Both the position numbers and the translations under genes were made by a program. Shown one piece after another: positions 7,246 to 13,546 of a stretch of 17,581 nt of DNA. The stretch covers positions 1-17,581 of the forward strand of contig JBGPQP010000017.1 in NCBI GenBank assembly GCA_041489155.1. Direction: 5' to 3'. The notes beneath the pieces are model-generated. The model did no database searches. It worked only from the letters and a program-made list of their open reading frames with translations, and was not told the DNA's origin. The stretch comes from Candidatus Aenigmatarchaeota archaeon. Lineage in GTDB: Archaea > Aenigmatarchaeota > Aenigmatarchaeia > QMZP01 > QMZT01. The number at the start of each line of letters is the position of its first letter. Position 1 is the stretch's first letter.

Positions 7246-10200
7246 AGCCTAGTTGTACCACAACGTCCCCAGTCGATGATTTTATCGTGTCACCTACCGA
7301 TATGTTCCCCGCGACCACAAGCTTCGCCGCCGACGGGTTCGTTGTCCCGATGCCGACGTTGCCGTCTGCTTTTATTGTCATTTTTGTGCTGCTATTAGCT
7401 TGAAATGCAAAATCACTTTCAGTGAATGTTCCCATAGTCATTCTGTTTATGCCGCCTGAGCTTCCAACGAATATGTTGCCAGCAACGTTAGGGGCTGTAG
7501 AATTAAGGCGAATACTTATATTGTCGCCGGCAAGATGGAGTAATGACGCAGGACTCGTCGTCCCGATGCCGACGTTGCCCTTGAATGTGGAATTCCCGGC
7601 TCCAAAGGATTGCAATGAACCCGAAAGGACAACGTCACCTGTATTCCTTGTACCGTCAACATACGGAGTAGCCATTGGCTTCTCCTCGAATTGTACGTCG
7701 TCAACCAAAAAGCTACCTTGTACAGCATTGTTGTTGGTTCTGATGTACGCGCTTAAGGTTCCTGAAGAGGTGGGTGTAAAGACCCAGTAGAACCGCTTCC
7801 ATTCGGACGTGGAGATTCCCGTGAAAGAGCCGCCCCCGGCAACCGTGGTCACCGAAACGCCTGCTGATGAGAAGTATGGCGTTGTTACACAACTGATGTT
7901 CTTGGCGTAAACAGACATGGTATAGGTATGCCCCGATGTTACCTCCTGATTCTCCCAAAGGGCAATGGCTGCCACGGTAGAGCTGGTTATATTAGCGGAG
8001 TATGCCCCGGAGCGGACATCGCTGGTATAGATCGCCAGGGCCCCATCCGTCTTTGCATCAAAGCTCCACGGGCTTGTGCTGCCGGTCTCGAATCCTGGGT
8101 TCGTATACCTGTTTGTCGTGCCGTCGTCTACAAAAACCGATCCGCTGGTCACGGAAAGGCTGGCATTGCGTATCTGGGCTGTTCCGCTTACATCCAGCTT
8201 GGCCCAGGGATCCGGCCCCGTCGTCCCGATGCCGACTCCTGTTGCCGTATCGTTGTAAACGTAACCGCCGCTCGTTGCCCAGCCTGCTCCTCCGCTACTA
8301 TCCGTCCCGCATGTCCCAACACCGTCAGACCACTTCAATATCTCCCCATTAGCGCAGTTGGCCTTGAGCGTGATGTTCGAGACGTTCAGCGTCCCGGCCA
8401 CGTCCAGCTTCTGCGTCGGGCTCGCCGTCCCGATGCCGACGTTGCCAGTTGTTGCGTTAATGTGCATTCTATCAACACCGTTTGGCATAAGAACTATATC
8501 TCCTGCATATCCTGTATATAAAACCAAAGGATAGGCTATGCCAGTTCCAAAGGCAGTCCCAGCTGCATTGTCTGTTACCAAATAAGCGACACCAGCACCA
8601 TTTGAAATTGAATGTGACGCCCAATTTGTTCCTGTGGCTGAAGCCCTTATGTCTGGTGACGCAGCAGATACTTCAAGTTTTGTAGTCGGACTCGTCGTCC
8701 CGATGCCGACCCTGTCATTATTCGAATCAACGAAAAGCGTGCCGCCATCGAAGCTCGCGTTGCCGGCAATCGTGTGCGTTCCTGTTCCCAACACGGAGAA
8801 ATTGCCGTTGAGCGTCAGGCCGCCGTCGGACGTGAAGTCTGTGTTGGCGCTGCCTATGTTTGATATCGCGTTGTTCGCCATGTCCAGCGCTCCGCCGACG
8901 GTCGGGCTTGTCAGCGTGTCGTCGCTGCCTACCGTGCATGCCTCGCTGGAACATGTGTCGTCGTCGTCGCAGAGGTCCGAGCTTCCAGTTATTGTCGAGC
9001 ACTCCGTGGCAAGACTTGTTGAGTCGACATCCGAAGCACCGACGCAGTCGCTACAGGCCACGTCTGTCGCCGTCTGGTTCGCCCACGCCGTGCGGTTGGC
9101 AGTCACATCTAGACTTGTTGCGTGGTACGTCGAGTTGTAAGAGGAGGTCAGTCCCGAATCGTCCGCGCAGTCCCAGTCATTCGAACCCGTCTTCTTCAGT
9201 ATCTGGCCGTTCGAGCACGACGCGCCGTCAGGCATTATCTCATTGTAGAATATCAGGCTTCCGCTGGACGCGTTAATGTCTCCTGCCACTTCGAGCTTGT
9301 TGGCAGGCGCCGCCGTCCCGATGCCGACGTTGCCGCCAGTTAATATCGTCATTTTGGCGTTATCTGCGCCGGTTCTAAATACAATATCTCCCGTTGCGAC
9401 ATTCCCCGCAGCTAAATATAGTTTTCCCGGGGTAGATGGGTCTTCATTTCCAGAGAGATGAATATACGCACCCCTTGCAGCGGCATTGTTTCCACCTCCC
9501 GAAACTGATAAATAATTGGTATCAGCACCATCGGTAGAGCTTGGAAGTATTTTTTTTCCACCACTACCAGACAACATTAAGTTTCCGGCTACGTCCAAAG
9601 TTGCCCCCGGTGCCGTCGTCCCGATGCCGACGTTGCCGGATTTATCAACTATAAGCTTGCCGGTTCCGTTACCGTTGTCTATCCTGAACAAGCTGCTGTC
9701 TTTGTATGCGTTTACGTTGGTCCAGTTATAGCTTGCGGCAGAGTCAAGCGTGATGTTCGAAGCTGTTATCGCGCTCACCGTGAATATTTCACTGTTTGTA
9801 ACATTGGTTATTTTTATTGCGTCGCCCACGCTGATTTCTGTTATGAGGTCTGCAGAGGTATTTACCAGTGTAGAACCTGTTGAAGTATTCACCGTGCCGG
9901 ACAGCGCGGTTCCAAGAGTTCCCTTAACATTCAATATGGTTGACGGACTCGCCGTCCCGATGCCGACTCTTCCGTTCAAAGCGTCTACATACAGCGTCGT
10001 GCCGTTCGCGATGAAGAACTTGTTGACGGTAAGGTTGGTCGGGAATATGAAGTCCCCTGTGTCGAAGGTGCTCCCTGATATAGCCGATGCCGGGTGGCCG
10101 GGGTCAGCTGCTTTTGCAAACGGAACGATAAGCAGCGCCGCGAAGGCAAAGAAAACGAGGGCTAGAGCTACCGCTAGGCCTGGTTGCGTTCTGGGCTTGG

Positions 10201-10276
10201 AAAATCCTCCAGTCACGGAGGCGTTTATCGGTTTGCCTCCGGACTTACATTTTCTGGACTTTTCCCTCAAGCCCAT
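7244..10276 (-). CDS. Large secreted fibre/adhesin-like protein with eight G(N/R)VGIGT repeats and a CBM4/9-like carbohydrate-binding domain
   Basis: ATG at 10276 has a perfect GGAGGTGA SD 5 nt upstream (1010 aa); an alternative ATG at 10315 has AGGTGA. Hydrophobic signal segment ends AKA-ADPGH. VGIGT repeats resemble trimeric beta-fibre proteins. NPGFETG...GHTYTMSVYAK...EWKRF...LVDDVQFE...ATPY (about 7654-8118) is CBM4/9-like. No C-terminal S74 chaperone domain. Confidence 0.8.
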   Translation of the reverse strand: MGLREKSRKCKSGGKPINASVTGGFSKPRTQPGLAVALALVFFAFAALLIVPFAKAADPGHPASAISGSTFDTGDFIFPTNLTVNKFFIANGTTLYVDALNGRVGIGTASPSTILNVKGTLGTALSGTVNTSTGSTLVNTSADLITEISVGDAIKITNVTNSEIFTVSAITASNITLDSAASYNWTNVNAYKDSSLFRIDNGNGTGKLIVDKSGNVGIGTTAPGATLDVAGNLMLSGSGGKKILPSSTDGADTNYLSVSGGGNNAAARGAYIHLSGNEDPSTPGKLYLAAGNVATGDIVFRTGADNAKMTILTGGNVGIGTAAPANKLEVAGDINASSGSLIFYNEIMPDGASCSNGQILKKTGSNDWDCADDSGLTSSYNSTYHATSLDVTANRTAWANQTATDVACSDCVGASDVDSTSLATECSTITGSSDLCDDDDTCSSEACTVGSDDTLTSPTVGGALDMANNAISNIGSANTDFTSDGGLTLNGNFSVLGTGTHTIAGNASFDGGTLFVDSNNDRVGIGTTSPTTKLEVSAASPDIRASATGTNWASHSISNGAGVAYLVTDNAAGTAFGTGIAYPLVLYTGYAGDIVLMPNGVDRMHINATTGNVGIGTASPTQKLDVAGTLNVSNITLKANCANGEILKWSDGVGTCGTDSSGGAGWATSGGYVYNDTATGVGIGTTGPDPWAKLDVSGTAQIRNASLSVTSGSVFVDDGTTNRYTNPGFETGSTSPWSFDAKTDGALAIYTSDVRSGAYSANITSSTVAAIALWENQEVTSGHTYTMSVYAKNISCVTTPYFSSAGVSVTTVAGGGSFTGISTSEWKRFYWVFTPTSSGTLSAYIRTNNNAVQGSFLVDDVQFEEKPMATPYVDGTRNTGDVVLSGSLQSFGAGNSTFKGNVGIGTTSPASLLHLAGDNISIRLNSTAPNVAGNIFVGSSGGINRMTMGTFTESDFAFQANSSTKMTIKADGNVGIGTTNPSAAKLVVAGNISVGDTIKSSTGDVVVQLG
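7344..9967. repeat. Eight identical dispersed in-frame 14-nt repeats GTCCCGATGCCGAC (coding strand GTCGGCATCGGGAC, encoding VGIGT)
   Basis: Copies start at 7344, 7560, 8223, 8427, 8697, 9315, 9618 and 9954. Five copies extend to the identical 20-mer GTCCCGATGCCGACGTTGCC. Start-to-start spacings of 216, 663, 204, 270, 618, 303 and 336 nt are all multiples of 3. Confidence 0.95.
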
Positions 10277-10281
10277 CTTCT

Positions 10282-10289
10282 TCACCTCC
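10282..10289 (-). promoter_or_regulatory. Shine-Dalgarno GGAGGTGA
   Basis: Plus strand reads TCACCTCC, 5 nt upstream of the ATG at 10276. Confidence 0.75.
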
Positions 10290-10324
10290 ATCTTTGAAAC
10301 ATCAATTCTTTCCATACGTCTCAC

Positions 10325-12316
10325 CTAAAAGTTCGAGTTGTAGTGAAGCACCCCCTTGAAATACATGTTCCCGGTTGCGCCGTCTATGAAGCCGGCCGTC
10401 GTTCCCGCCGAATCCCTTACGATAAAATCGTCGTTCCCGGAAGGCGCAGGGCTCGTCTGCTTGTAGAAATACCCTTTCGTGTACATGTTGCCAGAATTGT
10501 CCACGTATAGCATCACCGTCCCTGCCGAATTCCTGATTTGGAAGCAGTTCGAACATGACAGCGTTCCGCCCTGGCCGGCATTGTAAGCCCCCTTTATGTC
10601 AATATACCCGTTCTTGTCAAACCTCGCCTTCACTGCTCCGGTCGAATTCGTGATCAGCAGGCACTTGTTGGAGGCGTCGCATGTTGTCCCAGAGCCGCCG
10701 TTTATCGTGTTGTCCACGCAGTCGTTTGATACGCACGAGCTTTCTATCGGGCAGTTGGCGTCCGTGAGGCAGTCGTACCACGTCCCTGCGTTGCAGTAGT
10801 CGGTGTCGCCGTTCCCGTCGCCGTCCGTGGCCGTGCTCCCGCTCGTCACGCAGGTTGTCCCGTCCGTCGCCACGCAGTCCGTCGACGCGTCGCAGCAGCC
10901 GTCCTGTGACGAAGTGCAGCTGCCCGAATCCGGGAAGCCCGAGGCCGCCTGGCAGTAGCGGTAATTCTCTCCGGAGTCGTCGCCGCAGCAGCATTCCCTG
11001 CTCGGATACCCTGCAGAACCTATTGTGCAGTAATTAGGACGAGAGCCTGTTGTCTCATAATATGCTCCTTCCACATCCGCATCACCGCCCATGTTCCAGT
11101 GAAAACCATTGGCTGTGCAATAAGAGGTGTGGTAGTCGACGTTTATCCACCATGATGGATCTTGGGACGGATAGCAGCGATAATCGTTCCTGCCGTCGCT
11201 GTCAAGGTCATAATATGCGTTAGTTGCATAACAGTTCCCGTTGTAGAAGCAGTCGTAAACTCCATTGCAACATGCATCAGAGGATGTATCGGAACCTCCA
11301 ATCTTCCCGTTGCCTTCGCCGGTGTTGCTCGGGTAAAGGTATTTCCATGCATAGAACTCGCTCGCATCATCCTCGCAGCAGCTCTGCGAAGTCCCGGATT
11401 CCCATGTCATAGGGTTCGCCCCGTTCCAGCAGCTTGCGCCATTGCAGTTGGTCGCCCCGACCTTGCAGTTGCACCAGTTCTGGTCGCTGTCCCAGCTGAC
11501 GGTGTAGGCAGTGACCCATGAAGAGTAATCCCAGTCATACGCATCCCCTTGCGCATATGCCCTCGACTGGATGTCATATGTCCCTTCAGATGAGCAGTAA
11601 ACATAACCGTCGCTGTCTGTCCATGTCTCCTGAATCGTATTGGCAAGAGCGCAGCAGTCTTCAGTATAGCAGGTGCATGTGCATCCGCCTGAAGACGAGG
11701 AATATGAAGAATCCTGCCACCCGCGCGGGTCGTTGGAATCGGCGGGGTCTCTCAGGAGGTAGTCCATATCGCTGGTATCGCACATGTGGCATGGCGAAGC
11801 ATCCGTTCCTGTGCAGCTCGCCAAATTTTCTGCGTACGCGGTCTTGCTCATGAAGGAAAATTTTAGATAATGATGGCCGGTCGCGAGAATCTTCAAGAAA
11901 AGCCTTCCCGTTCCGTTTTCGCATTTCCAATCCCTGGCGACAATCTTTCCGTTGTCAATTCCTTCAATCCATGATTCGTTATTGGCTTTTACAGAGAAAT
12001 ATCCCTCAGCTTCGGTCTTCTTGTCGTTGCAGGTCAGCGCAATGAATTCTATATCCTTGCCGAAATACGTTCCATTATAAGCCTCTATTTCCAAATCACC
12101 CTCCCCCTCGGTTTCGAATTTAAGCTCCCACCTTCCCCACAGGGTGGGAGTTGAAACCGGGTTGAGGATTTTTATGTTAACATTTTGCTGCGGCTGTAAG
12201 ATGGAATGCATTAAGAACTCAAGGAGGTTGGTCTGTTTTGCAGCCGCCTGAACGGGCAATAATAACATGGCTAGGCAAACCACCAGCATTGCCCCTGCCG
12301 CTGTTTTTCTATTCAT
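10325..12316 (-). CDS. Secreted cysteine-rich surface protein (43 Cys) with DxDxDG-like motifs and a C-terminal three-repeat beta domain
   Basis: 663 aa. Signal peptide ends VQA-A, followed by a ~125-aa N-terminal beta domain. Two internal repeats CC(E/G)DD..E.Y...D.CC....DC...C...DxDx(D/N)G..DY.C. Three C-terminal repeats of type (I/V)x(N/D)SxG......D..G....KG. Confidence 0.8.
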   Translation of the reverse strand: MNRKTAAGAMLVVCLAMLLLPVQAAAKQTNLLEFLMHSILQPQQNVNIKILNPVSTPTLWGRWELKFETEGEGDLEIEAYNGTYFGKDIEFIALTCNDKKTEAEGYFSVKANNESWIEGIDNGKIVARDWKCENGTGRLFLKILATGHHYLKFSFMSKTAYAENLASCTGTDASPCHMCDTSDMDYLLRDPADSNDPRGWQDSSYSSSSGGCTCTCYTEDCCALANTIQETWTDSDGYVYCSSEGTYDIQSRAYAQGDAYDWDYSSWVTAYTVSWDSDQNWCNCKVGATNCNGASCWNGANPMTWESGTSQSCCEDDASEFYAWKYLYPSNTGEGNGKIGGSDTSSDACCNGVYDCFYNGNCYATNAYYDLDSDGRNDYRCYPSQDPSWWINVDYHTSYCTANGFHWNMGGDADVEGAYYETTGSRPNYCTIGSAGYPSRECCCGDDSGENYRYCQAASGFPDSGSCTSSQDGCCDASTDCVATDGTTCVTSGSTATDGDGNGDTDYCNAGTWYDCLTDANCPIESSCVSNDCVDNTINGGSGTTCDASNKCLLITNSTGAVKARFDKNGYIDIKGAYNAGQGGTLSCSNCFQIRNSAGTVMLYVDNSGNMYTKGYFYKQTSPAPSGNDDFIVRDSAGTTAGFIDGATGNMYFKGVLHYNSNF

Positions 12317-12569
12317 GACCGCTGCCGCCTCTTCCGTTCAGAAACACCATGTCAGGATTTTGAAGTACCTTAACAGAACCAAGCGAATACAGCTTCGCTT
12401 TCCCGACGTCCCTCCTCTTGACGAAGCCTTTTGCCTCCAGGACTGCAAGATACTTTGAGGCAGTCACCCTGTGTATCCTTGTCCTTTCGGCTATTTCCAG
12501 TATGGTCAAAGAACTGTCAGACTGCTTGAGTATGCCCAGTATAATCTCTTCTAAAAACGAAGGCTCCAT
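12309..12569 (-). CDS. Small winged helix-turn-helix transcriptional regulator (paralogue 2)
   Basis: LTILEIAERTRIHRVTASKYLAVLEAKGFVKRRDVGKAKLYSL. ATG at 12569 is preferred over TTG at 12575 because of the GAGGGT SD-like element upstream. The stop overlaps the start of the Cys-rich gene. Confidence 0.9.
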   Translation of the reverse strand: MEPSFLEEIILGILKQSDSSLTILEIAERTRIHRVTASKYLAVLEAKGFVKRRDVGKAKLYSLGSVKVLQNPDMVFLNGRGGSGHE

Positions 12570-12593
12570 TACCAACCCTCATCCTGCATGATT

Positions 12594-12637
12594 GACATTA
12601 ATGTCGAAAATTCGACATTGATGTATTACATTAAATA
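12594..12637. promoter_or_regulatory. Putative HTH operator array: three ACATYRATGT-like boxes
   Basis: Perfect 12-bp palindrome GACATTAATGTC (12594-12605), ACATTGATGT (12615-12624) and ACATTAAATA (12628-12637). Also an inverted repeat AATGTCGAA-aa-TTCGACATT (12600-12619). Confidence 0.8.
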
Positions 12638-12651
12638 ATTGGCATAACTAG

Positions 12652-12657
12652 TATAAA
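12652..12657 (-). promoter_or_regulatory. TATA box (TTTATA) of the second HTH operon
   Basis: Plus strand TATAAA starts 24 nt from the start of the promoter-proximal box. The equivalent offset in the first HTH promoter is 26 nt. Confidence 0.55.
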
Positions 12658-12677
12658 TTGGCTAGCAAAATATTATC

Positions 12678-13061
12678 TCATGCGTTACGACCTGCCTTCG
12701 TTTCTATGCTCTCTATGCATGAGTCTGATAACCCCCTGTCAACAATCTCCTGGCACATGGTCTTGTTCAGCGAAAGCCTTGCAATGCAAAAAGTCCTGAT
12801 GTCATATGCCTGTATCTGCTGGCAAAGGGCAATGTTTTGGTTTATTTCGGCGACATCGCCTATACAGAAATCCTTCTTTGAGGTTTTTTCGCAGTCGGCC
12901 AGCGTGGGATGCTCAGGATAAGAATCATTAAGGGCGTCTTTAGCCGAGTCATTTTTCTCCGAAGCATTTGTATTGCTGGTATTCTCAGGTACCTCAAAAT
13001 GGATAAACAAAGCTGCGGCCAAAGCGAATGCAGCCAATAAAACTATAGCCCATTTGTTCAT
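12678..13061 (-). CDS. Hypothetical membrane-anchored or secreted protein with Cys-pair helical repeats
   Basis: 127 aa. N-terminal hydrophobic helix and low-complexity linker, then three C...C units (CEKTSKKDFC; CQQIQAYDIRTFC; CQEIVDRGLSDSC). ATGA overlap with the upstream gene. Confidence 0.75.
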   Translation of the reverse strand: MNKWAIVLLAAFALAAALFIHFEVPENTSNTNASEKNDSAKDALNDSYPEHPTLADCEKTSKKDFCIGDVAEINQNIALCQQIQAYDIRTFCIARLSLNKTMCQEIVDRGLSDSCIESIETKAGRNA

Positions 13062-13501
13062 TCGTTCACTTCCAAGATGACATTTTTGTTGGGCGTGCCC
13101 ATCCTGGTTTTGTAGCAGTCATTGCCGCAGCACCACTCTGCGGAAAAGCTTCTGATGTCGATGTCATTCGCACACGGTACAAGTTTCAGCACCCCTGTCC
13201 TGTCTGTCTCGAGAGGAGAATTTATGTTAAAATCGGCCGGTAGATTTATCGTGGTTTCCGTGCCCCTGGGAACTATTATTTTTATATAAGTCACGTTCTT
13301 CTCAGCCGGGTTGTAAAAGGGGACCATAAGATAGCCGTCTATGCATTTGCCATAGCCGTACTCTATTCTGCAGTCAGTCGAAAGCGCTCCTGAAAGCTCA
13401 TCTTCCCAGTAAAGCCTCAAGGCAAAAATAAGCAGGGCAATAAAAAAAACCGCAGCAAAAATCAGGTATTTCTTTTTTTCGTCTTTCCTTTTATTTTTCA
13501 T
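13058..13501 (-). CDS. Hypothetical membrane protein with a Cys-containing extracellular beta domain
   Basis: 147 aa. Basic N-terminus, TM helix and 6 Cys. TTTTTAAAAT TATA-like element at 13530-13521 upstream. Confidence 0.75.
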   Translation of the reverse strand: MKNKRKDEKKKYLIFAAVFFIALLIFALRLYWEDELSGALSTDCRIEYGYGKCIDGYLMVPFYNPAEKNVTYIKIIVPRGTETTINLPADFNINSPLETDRTGVLKLVPCANDIDIRSFSAEWCCGNDCYKTRMGTPNKNVILEVNE

Positions 13502-13546
13502 TTGAAATACTTGTCTTATAATTTTAAAAATTGCTTTGAGGAGGTT

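Noticed and set aside
7344..9967. CRISPR array interpretation of the dispersed 14-20-nt repeats
   Set aside because: The repeats are too short, the spacing is irregular (204-663 nt) and always in frame inside a long ORF, and there are no cas genes.
7244..10276. Prophage tail-fibre gene or provirus
   Set aside because: The protein has a signal peptide and sits among cellular membrane and surface genes. No capsid, terminase, portal or integrase is present.
7161..10328. Plus-strand ORFs with repeated VVPMPTLP (e.g. 7161-7403, 7422-7790, 8634-9140, 9750-10328)
   Set aside because: These are antisense shadows of the GNVGIGTT repeats and fully overlap a well-supported minus-strand gene or its terminator.
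7244..12316. Diversity-generating retroelement target or template
   Set aside because: No reverse transcriptase gene and no ~100-nt repeat pair differing at adenines was seen in the window.
10325..13501. His-Xaa-Ser repeat precursor (HxsA) for the radical SAM cluster
   Set aside because: Only an isolated HTS tripeptide was noticed in the Cys-rich protein. No clustered HxS repeats were seen in the ORFs read.
13058..13501. Archaeal type IV pilin
   Set aside because: A basic N-terminus and TM helix are present, but there is no class III signal cleavage motif (K/R-G/A followed by the hydrophobic stretch).
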